Positions 36,105 through 47,519 of a stretch of 64,000 bases of DNA are shown one piece after another; position 1 is the first letter of the stretch, and each line of letters opens with the position of its first letter. Both the position numbers and the translations under genes were made by a program. A model generated the notes under the pieces. That model was given only the letters and a program-made list of their open reading frames with translations, was not told the DNA's origin and ran no database searches. The DNA is from Podarcis muralis (taxonomy: Eukaryota): the NCBI RefSeq assembly GCF_964188315.1, contig NC_135662.1, positions 7,502,001 through 7,566,000 on the forward strand, given 5' to 3'.

Positions 36105-38140
36105 CAGATGGAGTAATAAGTTTAACTTAGTATAAGGCAGCTTTCCTATGTTCCCACATTCACAGACTCGCAGATATACATACCTTAAGAATTGAGCTGT
36201 GGACATGATGGAAGCCAGAACAGACTGAAGGAGAGATCAGGGCAAAGGAATCAAACCAAGGGCTTTTCTGCAAATGCTACTTTTGAAGAGGAATGTAACG
36301 AAAGAGAGAGAGAGAGAAGTGGAGGCAGCACAGAGAAGGAGAAAAAAGCAGGAAGGAAATATTTCATGCATCAGTGCCAGCCCATTAAAAATGCTGCTTT
36401 AAAAGGATTCCAAATGATACTGCAAATGCTTTCTTGCTGCCTTGTTAAAACACCAGTTCCTGATTATGCGCTCACATTGCTGTAATTCTATCCCTGCAAG
36501 CAGCTGCTTTATGCTCTTTCCCAATTTTATATACACTACATCTGGGATGAAAGAAGACTGAGGGATTTCAAGCTTTAAACATCCTACTTCCAGCCAAGCA
36601 TTTGATCACAGATGAGAACGGACAGGTTTGAGATAGTCAGAACTTCATACAAGACTCCCCTCTCGCAAGTGTGTTATGTGTCAAATGTAACGTGATCATG
36701 TACTTGAGTTGGCAGAAACACACACACACACACCAAAGGAACATGGACTTGGTTCCTTAGAGCATGCAAAGCTTCCAGGTTCAGTCTTAGAATTTTCAGG
36801 TAGGACTGGGAGAACACCAAGCGGTGATGGGGGTGTCTTCAATTATGTCTGTCTCCATGTGAGCCCATTGTTTTGTCTAGTCCTATAGGATTATACTTGG
36901 TTGGCGATGTAGTAGAGTTCTATATTGGGAATCCCCCCTCCCCCCCCCCCCCATGCTAACAAAACTCACTGCAGTCAGCTGAAGGCAAGCAACCATGCTC
37001 TGGGCTCCCCACAACTTCTCTCACTGCCAACAAAAACTAATAAATGAATGGAAAAAGAACCTGCCCACATGACGGTGACACAGAAACCTCACACATACAT
37101 TATGTCAAAGAATGAAAGCTTTCTACCCCCCTTCTCCCCCCCCCCATGCCTCTCTTCTCTCCCATCTTCATACGGTCTATAACATTAGTGTCTCCTATTG
37201 AATATAAATGATCTGTAGAAAGAACTCTGTGAACTGAAAGCAGAGATGCTGCATGTATTTTTGTTACCCAAAGAAATCTTAATAAAAGCAATTTTTAAAA
37301 GTCTGGGCAAGCCACTAACAGTCAGTATAGACAATATTGAGCAAGATGGACCAGTCATCTGACAAAGTATTGTTGCTGTCTACTTTCACCACCCACAGAA
37401 GTTCAGGGGCTGAGTGCAAGGAGAGATAACTTCTGTGTTGCACACACTAAGTTGTCATATTCCCTCCCTACACAGATGCATGTGGTACCTTCATTATGCA
37501 CATTTTACCATGTACAGATCCTGCACCTCTTTATCCTGGCCTTTGACACCTAAAAGTCTGGTGTCAGGTGCTTTTAACATGCTTTATTAATAGTGCTCTA
37601 CCACAAATGCTTTCAGTGAAAAGTCTGTTTGATCCAGATGAATATATTTATGCAGTACTGATATTAATATAAACATTTGAAATCATTAATCAAGAAACAA
37701 ACTGGTCTACAGGATGGCACTCAAGTTGGATCTCTGTTGAGTTTCACAATTAATATTGCTTTTACAGTACTTTGTTCTTTGATTCAGGAAGTTTACCTTT
37801 CTCATTCTTATCCCAACTAATTGTTGCATTAAAACAATAATATCATAATAAGACAATCTCTTTCATGCATGAATCATATAATTCACATTACATCATGAAT
37901 CATATTACAGGATCTCCAGATAGCCATTCTTGCTGCTCTCTGGATAACCATAGTATAGCAAGCATCACAATCTAAAAACATCACTCAGCAGTTGAAAAAA
38001 AATAAAATAAGTGGACATCTCTGAAGCTCTTCAGACATATAAACTTTATGGTAAATACATTTGTTTGAAAGAAAAAAAAGCTGAAAGGAGCATGCACTAT
38101 AATCAGAAGAGAAATGCAGTTTCTGATTACTTTGAAGACA

Positions 38141-38660
38141 TCATACCAGGTTTTGCTCCTGGAACTCTAGCTCCTCTGTATCTTCCTTCTCCTTCAAAAG
38201 AATCTGGAGTATGACCTATGTGTTCTGCTTAGATCAACCCCTTTTCTTTCTTCCAAATAGGAAACACATCAGTGGATGAAATATGATATTTAGACAGCTG
38301 CATAAGAACTAAAAATGTGTAAGAGCCGAATGAAGAAATGATCAGTTAAGAAAAACGAAATTAACCGGCAAGCTAAGTTAAGGAAGAAGCAGAGTACAAG
38401 CAGAATGGCTGCCTCTTCTGTTGTCACCTCAAAGATAGTTTTATGAACAGGATAAGAGTGGAGATAGTTCTTAGTGAGAGGCCACACACAGTGCTATTTT
38501 TTCTAGACAAAGAGGTGCCAGAACTCGCCATGAATGCCTCCCTTGTTCTCTTATAATGGAAATGGCACCCACCTGAGAGGTTCCAGAACTGAGTTCCAAT
38601 AAGTTCTGGTGGGGGGAAAAGCCCTGACCACACATGAAATAAATTAAACTCACTTTTCAG
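38141..38660 (-). pseudogene. Clade 1 MRGPR pseudogene (TM5 to C-terminus recognisable)
   Basis: Translates as CGLSLRTISTLILFIKLSLR*QQKR / AILLVLCFFLNLA / LCSCLNIIFHPLMCFLFGRKKRG*SKQNT*VILQILLKEKED, matching clade 1 with stops and frameshifts. Interrupted by a hAT MITE; no recognisable 5' half. Confidence 0.88.
38489..38626. mobile_element. hAT-type MITE inside the MRGPR pseudogene
   Basis: Same family as 4804-4939, reversed; 8 bp TSD GCCACACA / ACCACACA. Confidence 0.85.
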
Positions 38661-40604
38661 AAGAGTGATGGAGGAGGCATTAGAGAAGTCTTCGTTCTTC
38701 TCCTGACCTGTAGATCACTGCTATAGTAATTTCATCAGGATAAATCCCTTTATTGATGTTAGTTATGCCTTGATTTTATATTTCCATGCTTAAGCTGCTT
38801 AGAAGAATCATGGATACACAACCCAAAACCCAGGATATCAGATATTGTACAGGTACAATTTCAGATGGTGCCACAGTTAACACTTCTCTCTGTGTTTGAT
38901 GGAGATAATAAAAGCACGGCATGTAAAGAACTTGAAACATTTTTTCTTGGTAACTGAATGTTTTATTATTATTTATTATTCTGTATTATTATTATTAATC
39001 TGTTGTACAAAATTGGAAAACTTTACAGGATTTTTGTGATGCTCTTGCATAAGAAATGTATGGAAGACTAATCCTTCTGAGAAGATTACATACTGCTTTA
39101 AGGCCCTGAAAAGATTGGCTAAAGGTACTCCATTTCAAGATATATGGCAGCATTTTATTACATGTGTAAACATGCATCTTTTATATCAACAGCTCCCAAC
39201 AGTAACATTAAAACTTTGGAATTCCTAAATCTACTGGATTTATTTCATGAAGCAATATGCTACTATACATCTCCCCTGTTATTAAGATTATTACTTTTGT
39301 TAAATACAAATGTATTAATTAAAAAAACAAACCCACTCACATATATACATACAAGATTACAACCTAAGAATCATCATAACAAAATCCGTTTGGCAAACTG
39401 GAAAGTGGGAAAGATATCCCTCCCTTACTGACATTTTCTGAGTTGGTCGCATAGCAGCATCAGTGGAAAATGGAGGAAGAATTGACAGTGTCCCCCCCCC
39501 CCCAACTCCATTATTCCTTGTACTTTGCTTCCCGTGTTTAGTCAGTCATGGTGCTTCTCCTTGCACAAATATCTTGCCATTCTTCTCCATCTCCTCAGTT
39601 TAAAATGGTTCAAACTCTCAATGATCATCTCTTGCATGGTTTACTGTGACACTGTCCTCTCTGGGCTTCCTCACTGTTCCACTTTATCCAAAACTTGGCT
39701 GCCCCAACTATTTACATCTCTAGCCATTCACACCTTCTGTTGTCTCTCCCTGATTCCCTTCCATGGCTTCCCAGACATTTCCACCATTGGTAAAACTCTG
39801 TATCCCTGTAGCTGGATCTGAGCCGGTCTATAAGACAGTCACATGTGAACCCCTATGCTAGTAAAAAACCCTATGCTAGTAAAAGCCATATTATATTTGG
39901 AACTGGACTCAAAAGGTCAGCAAGAGGAAAACTAGAAGCAACTTTGGAGACAGAGCGCAAAATGCGATTGAAGAGATTTCTCGAAGGGTTTCTGTGTGTC
40001 CCTAGGTTGTCAGGGGGCTTTTCCAGATGTGCAGTTCACATCTGGTAGCTTTCTCTCGAAGGGAATCAAAATGATTTTGACATGACTCAGAAGGCTCCTT
40101 GGGAAGGCTCTTTTTTTTAACATAGTTATTTTTCTCAGGGCATGGGTTTTGTATCAAATGCTGTTGTAACTGCCTTCACCACAGAAAACACTCAAATCTA
40201 ATCTGTATAGATCAAAACTTCCTGGCATTTAACAGCCAAGAGCATGTGCCCAGTATAGCATGTTCTTGATTCTGTTTGGTTTTATGGTGAATTATTATTA
40301 TTGTATTCTCTATATTGTGTGTAGGGGAATGGATGTAGTTCAGTGCTAGAATATCTGTATTGCTTGCAGAGCATCACAGGTTCAATCCCTGGCATCTCCA
40401 GATAGGGCTGCCAGTCAGCATAGGTGCCAGCTCCAAAATAAAATATTTGAGGGGACTGGGCCCCCGCAAAGTTGATGGGCTTTTCCATTCAAATGGTGGA
40501 TGTGCACTGCACCATGTGATTGATAATTAGGGGGCGGGGCTTGCCTGGGCCCCCACAATATTTCACTCAAGTTTGCACCCCAGCTAGTCATTGTATGCAA
40601 TACA

Positions 40605-40935
40605 CTGAAGGTTGGCGGTTCAAATCCCCATGTTGGGGTGAGCTCCCATTGTTCTGTCCCAGCTCCTGCCAACCTAGCAGTTTGAAAGCACACCAGTGAA
40701 AGTAGATAAATAGGTAATGCTGCGGTGGGAAGGTAAACAGAGGTGTTTCTGTGCACTCTGGTTTCCATCACGGTGCTCCGTTGCACCAGAAACAGTTTAG
40801 TCATGTTGGCCACATGACCCGGAAAGCTGTCTGTGGACAAACGCTGGCTCCCTTGATCTGAAAGTGATATGAGCACCGCAACCCTATAGTTGCCTTTGAT
40901 TAGACTTAACAATCCAGGGGTCCTTTACCTTTTTT
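40605..40935 (+). mobile_element. Sauria SINE, head truncated
   Basis: Body and CCTTTACCTTT tail match the other copies. Confidence 0.8.
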
Positions 40936-41544
40936 TTTACAATACAGAGCTATATGGTCCAATGGTTGCTTAGCTCTCTATGCTCCTTCGGTATATGATT
41001 AGGTGAACTATAAATGTCCTTAATACAGTAAATAATTTTTCATATGTGGAACTTCTCGTGTTTGGACCTACAGTAGGTAGCCAAACCTCACCACCCTTGA
41101 ACAAGAAAGAAATGTCAGCAGATTTGAGATACATCAGATCCTCCCTTAAAGAGGGCACATATTACGGTGAGACCTGGAAAACTGACACCCTGTGTTGTGG
41201 GTGAGTACGATTGGTCAGCCATAACACCCAATTGGTAGGTCCCTTGTAGCTGGGTGCAATCTGGCCAATGGGACACAGTCCAAATGGTTCAAGGGACCTA
41301 TTTATGCCCATGCACATGACCCGGAGCTCCCTCTTTCGGCACGTGCATTGGAACACCCGCCCACCTCTCTCTACTTTTAGGACTTTGCACTTGACTTTGC
41401 TATGCCATCGTGTGCCATCTGCCATTGGGACAGGGGCATGGCAGGAATTTTCCCCACTTGGCTGATTGGCTGTTGCCATTTGGGTTTCGCCTGCCGTGTA
41501 GCAAATCATCACAACTTGTAAGGTTGCGGAAAGGCTCTGGTTCA

Positions 41545-41584
41545 GGTATCTGAAGAAGTGTGCATGCACACGAAAGCTCATACC
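41545..41584 (+). ncRNA. Minimal type I hammerhead ribozyme motif
   Basis: Stem I GGTAT/ATACC, core CTGAAGA, stem II GTGTG-CATG-CACAC, GAAA, palindromic AGCT stem III and CTC cleavage triplet. Confidence 0.75.
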
Positions 41585-41673
41585 AAGAACTAACTTAGTT
41601 GGTCTTTAAGGTGCTACTGGAAGGAATTTTTTTTGTTTTGACTATGGCAGACCAACACGGCTACCTATCTGTA
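41548..41673. mobile_element. Penelope-like element terminal (pLTR) fragment
   Basis: Typical squamate Penelope end; flanked by direct repeat TCTGGTTCAGGT (41536-41547 and 41674-41685). Confidence 0.75.
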
Positions 41674-42153
41674 TCTGGTTCAGGTGTTAGGGATGGGAGA
41701 ACACTCTCGCCATCCCTCTGTGAAGGGTATTCCATTAAAGGAATCCATGGACTCAATGGTTTGGTCAACCCCTGAGAGGGGGTTGTGCCCGTGCCTGAAT
41801 CCAGGGGGACATTTGGGTGGCGGAGTTAGCCTGTTCCCAGCTTTCTGCTTATCCAGGTGTTCACCCTTGGCTGACCTATGCTGGAACCCTGCATGGCAGG
41901 GAGCTATTTGAACCAGAGCCTATGCAACCAGTCACTTTCTGTAATCAATAAAGTTGTGGCCTAAATTCTGCCAAAAACAAACCAAAAATTTGAGTCATGC
42001 GTGAATTTATTTAGGGGGGAGGTTTCTGGGTCTGAACACACAAATATCTAACTAAGTAGAAACTATAGTGTCTTATTGTAACTAGAGTGATACAGCTAAA
42101 ACCTGTATTCTTTGGAGTCATCATAAGCGGATTTCAACCGAGGTGGCCTCTAC

Positions 42154-43092
42154 TTACTTTGTAGAGTTTTCTTCTTCTTTGAAAACATTCTGGAGCCTGG
42201 CTTCCATGCTCTCCCTAGGCCTGCCTCTTTTCTGTCTCCCAATCAGGAAATATATCAAAGGGTTCACACTGCTGTTAAGAGCAGTGTTTAAGTAGCAATA
42301 AGGTAAGGAATAGGGCGCTGGTGAATGGAAAATATAAATGATCATGTAATAGGCATTCAGTGGAAAAGAAAAAAAGATGAAGAAGAACAGAGTAAGCAGG
42401 ATAACTATTAGTAGTTTCCCCCGCTTTCGTTGTTGTGATTTAAAGCAGACCTTGATAAACAGGATCAGGGTGGAGATAGTCATGAGTGGTAGGCAAAAGA
42501 AGCCATTAAAAGTATACTGATAGTATTTTATGAGATCCTGTTTTCCCTTAAAAGTCAGGCAGACAATGAAGTGAATTCCAGGGAGAAGGAAAGAAAACAT
42601 CCATATTAAGGCACACACAACGGTTGGCAAATATGGCGGCCGGTGGCATCGGTACCAAAGTGGAAACAGGACAGACACACACCTGTCAAGGCTGATAGCT
42701 GTCAGCAGAAACTGACCGGCATTGTACACGAATTGGAAAACATCACCAAGGAACACATGCAGAAGGCTCTCCTTCAGACCTCCTACAGTCCAAACTACTT
42801 CTATAATCAATTCAACTGTGAGTAAGCCAAAGTCAGCAATGGCGAGGTTCAGGATGTACACGGTAAAAGGACTCCTCTTAATACGGAAGCCAAGCAACCA
42901 GATGACATTTCCAGTCCCCCAGCACCCCAAAATGCAAATTACAATTATTAATACAAACAAAACATATAGTTCTAATTCATAATACACAATCGATTTTGTG
43001 TCATCATTACTGTTGTTGTTGTTGTTGGAAAAAGTAGTTTCATTGTACGAAAGGGACAAAGATGTTAGGTTGAAACTGGTCATCATCTTCAA
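42154..43092 (-). CDS. MAS-related GPCR, clade 2, 312 aa, C-tail shortened by a premature TAA
   Basis: All 7 TMs intact. The frame continues past the stop as VEATSVEIRL to TGA at 42121-42123. Confidence 0.9.
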   Translation of the reverse strand: MKMMTSFNLTSLSLSYNETTFSNNNNNSNDDTKSIVYYELELYVLFVLIIVICILGCWGTGNVIWLLGFRIKRSPFTVYILNLAIADFGLLTVELIIEVVWTVGGLKESLLHVFLGDVFQFVYNAGQFLLTAISLDRCVSVLFPLWYRCHRPPYLPTVVCALIWMFSFLLPGIHFIVCLTFKGKQDLIKYYQYTFNGFFCLPLMTISTLILFIKVCFKSQQRKRGKLLIVILLTLFFFIFFSFPLNAYYMIIYIFHSPAPYSLPYCYLNTALNSSVNPLIYFLIGRQKRGRPRESMEARLQNVFKEEENSTK

Positions 43093-43352
43093 TCTTTGTT
43101 TTTGTGCTTCTTCTGGTATATATATTTCTGCTGGAAGTAAAGAATCAAGGGTGGAATTAGTTTTTGCTAATGTAGCTGAGCCAATGAAGATTGAATTAAA
43201 GCTTTCTGTTTACTCTAGTCTTTCTTGCCTTATCCATTACAGCAATTTCCTAAAATATTGTTGAAGTGAAATAATTCTTCCTGGCTCATCTCCAGTTACT
43301 GTGGCATTTTCAGGAACACACATTAAAAATAATGATAATTATTAGCCTAGAT

Positions 43353-43856
43353 GCAATGACTAACCTAGACAGCATCTTAAAAAGCAGAGACATCACCTTG
43401 TCGACAAAGGTCCATATAGTTAAAGCTATGGTTTTCCCAGTAGTGATGTATGGAAGTCAGAGCTGGACCACAAAGAAGGCTGATCGCCGAAGAATTAATG
43501 CTTTTGAATTATGGTGCTGGAGGAGACTCTTGAGAGTCCCATGGACTGCAAGAAGATCCAACGTCTCCATTCTTAAGGAAATCAGCCCTGAGTGCTCACT
43601 GGAAGGACAGATCTTGAAGCTGAGGCTCCAATACTTTGGCCACCTCATGAGAAGAGAAGACTCCCTGGAAAAGACCTTGATGTTGGGAAAGGGGGAAAAG
43701 GGGACAACAGAGGACAAGATGGTTGTACAGTGTTCTCGAAGCTACCAGCATGAGTTTGACTAAACTGCGGGAGGCAGTGGAAGACAGGAGTGCTTGGTGT
43801 GCTCTGGTCCATAGGGTCATGAAGAGTCGGACATGACTAAACAACTAAACAACAAC
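43353..43856 (+). mobile_element. 5'-truncated BovB
   Basis: Matches the BovB 3' ORF; 12 bp TSD ATTAGCCTAGAT. Confidence 0.93.
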
Positions 43857-43868
43857 ATTAGCCTAGAT

Positions 43869-43997
43869 AGTTCAGCTGGTTAGAGGTTGATACTGGCAAC
43901 GTCAAAGTTGCAGGTTCAATCCCTGTATGGCACCGCTGCAGATTCCTGCATTGCAGGGGATTGGACTAAATTATCCTCAGGTTTCCTTCCAGCTCTA
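43869..43997 (+). mobile_element. tRNA-derived SINE with CR1-type tail (Squam2-like)
   Basis: A/B-box-like head and TTCTATGATTCTATGA tail. Confidence 0.75.
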
Positions 43998-44772
43998 CAG
44001 TTCTATGATTCTATGACCTTAGTCTACGTGCTCTGAATTGATTAATTTTTCTATCTTTCCATACATTCCTGTAGATTTTTTTAAAAATCCAGGCTGAAGC
44101 TGAACTGCAGATAGTTGCTGACATAATCCCAACACGGCTACCTATCTGTAACTGCAGATAGTTGCTGAGATAATCCCTCTTCCTTCTCCATTCCTGCAGA
44201 GCATGGAATCATAGAATCACAGAGTTGGAAACAGAGTTGCACCCTCAATACGGGTCCCCAGTGAGGGTGATCAAGGCTGATTCAGTTTGCAAACTGCACC
44301 TGAACCCAGATTGAAGTACCATGAAAACTCTTACAGCATGTTGCTATGCGTGCTAATGCCAAAGAATATGATTGAGAAAACATGCTTAGCTACAAGTATG
44401 CTCAGAAACTTTATTATTTATTATTATGTTTTATCAATTAAATTTCCTTCGTTTGAGGATCATAGGTGGTTTACAATATAAAAAACACAAAAATACATAC
44501 CACCATAACAAACAAAAACAATACCCCACCCCAGGTTAAAAGGCCAACCATTATTTAATTAGCCAAAGACCTGAAGAAGATAAATGCCTTTGCCTAAAGA
44601 TATGTAATGAAGGTACCAGGTGAGCCTCTCTGGGGAGAACATTGCTTAAATTTGCATAAAGTGCCCTAAAATGCTGAATAATCTTCATTTGATTTTTTTT
44701 TATTTTAAGAAATAGCAAATGAGGAATTGGGAAAGCTGAAATTGACAGAGGAAACAAATGAGAAGATGTGAT

Positions 44773-45028
44773 GAAGAAGAAGAAGAAGAAGAGTTTGGAT
44801 TTGATATCCCGCCTTTCACTCCCCTTCAGGAGTCTCAAAGCAGCTAACATTCTCCTTTCCCTTCCTCCCCCACAACAAACACTCTGTGAGGTGAGTGGGG
44901 CTGAGAGACTTCAAAGAAGTGTGACTGGCCCAAGGTCACCCAGCAGCTGCATGTGGAGGAGCGGGGACGCGAACCCGGTTCCCCAGATTACGAGTCCACT
45001 GCTCTTAACCACTACACCACACTGGCTC
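44773..45028 (-). mobile_element. Squam3-like SINE
   Basis: Reverse copy of 22021-22279. Confidence 0.88.
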
Positions 45029-45777
45029 CCTGTGGGGAGGGGAAGAATATGCCACCAAGAATATGCACACACCCAGATTGCAGATTTTTTTGTATTCTTC
45101 CTCATTAAATAATGGTTGCTTGCAGAGAACATGTAGTCCTGGTGGGACTTGGTCACCTACTTCATATGCAGCCACGTGGTATGATCTTTTGAAGCCACTA
45201 GAGGAGTCAAGGCAGACAAATGAATGGGTGGTTCTGCAACAGATACCATGCAGCAATAGTTATTCATTTATTTAACAGCGTTTATGCAGTATGATCGTGT
45301 TCCAGGGGTGGTGTGCATCTACAAAAAAATACATATACTCGAACCACATCTTTGGAAGTGCCCCCATTCTTATCTTTCTAGGACCATGCACTGAGTGGCC
45401 CTTGTGTGAGAGCACCCTGGGTAATGTTCTGCAAGGCAGAGAGCTTGAAAGCTGTTTCTGCACCAGGAAAACCCTGTACAAAAAAAAAAGAGTTTTTAAG
45501 CTCTCCACCTTCTGTGCATTTCATCTGTGTGATTTCTTGTTTCAACGGGCTTTTGGGATCTGACGGCTTTTAACAAAAGTGCTTGTGCTGTGTTGCTTTC
45601 ATTGTAATTATTTGTACGGTTTTAATAGATTATGTGTATACAGTTTTAATTCTATCAGTGTTTAATGGTTTTTTAATTATCATACTTTTCTGTGTTTTTA
45701 GTGGTTTGTATTTTTACCTGTAAGCCACCTTGAGTCAGGCCAGCAAAAAAGGTGGGGTCTAAATCAATCAGTCAATC

Positions 45778-45831
<54 letters not shown>

Positions 45832-46289
45832 TTACACTGGCTGGCCTTCAGCCACATAAAGTCCAATTCACAGACGTTAAACGTGTGTAAGTTGCAATCA
45901 TATGTATAATTGTAAAAAAGAAACACTCAAAGTGGTTTACAAAAAAATAGCATAGATATAGCATGTCAATTTCTCCTTCGGAATAGAATTTAGTTTCCCT
46001 TTCTCTCCCCCACCCTGTTTTTAGTATTATCTTGTACTATGGTGGTTACTAGAAAAAAAGCTTTCCCCTTGCAGTTAGTCATCTCTGCAAAGCTGCTCAG
46101 AGAGGGTACATGCAAACTTTAAGGGATGTGCTATTCAAAATACCCATGTAGTGTGGATCTCACTGAGGGGAAAGATAGAGATAACATACATATGCATCAG
46201 TGACCATCCTGCTATTACTTGGGTCCATGGTCACACTTAGAGAATTTTCAGAGGAAGCCACCACTTAAATGTCAAAAACAGAGAAGGAG

Positions 46290-46760
46290 ATCTGGAAAGG
46301 AATAGATGAATATGAACAAAGTCATTTAGAAATGGTTTGCTTTCATTTTGGTTAGGATGATGACAAAGAAGTTAAGCCAAAATCTTTAGAGAACAGGTTT
46401 TCTTTGAGGAGGATGTGAAGGAAGGGAGAATAGGAAGTGGCCTCAAAGAAGAGGAAAATGGGTCACCCATAAAAGGTTCTCTGCACAAAATATCCTACCT
46501 TATTCAATTCCACCTGGTTTCCCACCATAAGACTTGGGATCTTCTCTTAGAATTCTTGGGTCTGAATCAAGACCTCTTTTCTGTTTTCAAAAGAGATGTT
46601 GCCCATTCAGAAGGCAGCGCACAACCTTGGTCAGAGAACATCAGATAGATTTGTGTTTGTTCAGGAAGGGTGGGGCAGATAATTTTACATCCTGTTAAAT
46701 TGTGCAAATCAGTTAGCAGGTGCCTCAAATGGCATGTGCAGGTTCTCTTTCTCCTCCTGG
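46290..46760 (-). promoter_or_regulatory. Conserved clade 2 upstream block
   Basis: Homologous block; donor AAG/GTAGGA at 46498. Confidence 0.55.
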
Positions 46761-47000
46761 GTTCTTCAGCAATCTCCTGTGTGTGTGGTCCGATTCCCTT
46801 GATATTGTGTATAATTTGATGCGTTGCATTGTATGTGTCATTCATTATGTGTTATGTACCATTGTGCATTATGCATTACAATGCAATCATCACACACAAC
46901 AACTCTGTTACAAGGGCAGTGTGCAAAATCCATATATGACCAAAAGCCTCTGGCTGGCAAGCTGGGGTTGGAGGGCAATAGCAAATTGTTTTTTCTTCTC

Positions 47001-47041
<41 letters not shown>

Positions 47042-47127
47042 TTATTCATACCCTGCCCATCTGGCTGGGTTTCTCCAGACACTCTAGGTGGCTTCCAACA
47101 AAAGATTAAAAATACATTAAAACATCA

Positions 47128-47257
47128 GGTAGGTAGCCGTGTTGGTCTGACGCAGTAGAAATAAATAAAAAATAAAATAAAATGGTATCTGAAGTGTGCA
47201 TGCACACTAAAGCTCATCCCAAGAACAAACTTAGTTGGTCTCTAAGGTGCTACTGGA
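47128..47257. mobile_element. Penelope-like ends in inverted arrangement, with a degenerate hammerhead
   Basis: Two halves of the 41548-41673 sequence in opposite orientations. Confidence 0.7.
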
Positions 47258-47269
47258 CAATTATATATA

Positions 47270-47519
47270 TACAGTCATATCTCGGGCGAATGTGCTTCGG
47301 GTTGAGCACGTTTGAGTTGCGCTCCGCGGCAACTGGGAAGTAACGGAGCGTGTTACTTCCAGGTTTTTCCGCTTGCACATGCGCAGATGCTCAAAATGAC
47401 GTCACTCGCATGCGCAGAAGTAGCGAAAAGCAATTTGCGCATGTGCAGATGTGCCATCACTAGTTACGTTTGCTTCTAGATGCGAACAGGGCTCCGGAAC
47501 AGATCCCGTTTGTATCTAG
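47270..47519. mobile_element. Tc1/mariner-type MITE running into an N gap
   Basis: TA-CAGT start; related to 1600-1842. Confidence 0.65.

Larger units (their letters stand above)
41160..42043 (+). mobile_element. Solo LTR-like element interrupted by a Penelope fragment
   Basis: Shares GCAAATCATCACAACTTGTAAGGTTGCGG and CAATAAAGTTGTGGCC with the other LTR-like copies. Confidence 0.65.

Noticed and set aside
38660-38940. Continuation of the pseudogene into TM1-TM4
   Set aside because: Only a weak ISWVLGC-like match in one frame; spacing and motifs do not fit.
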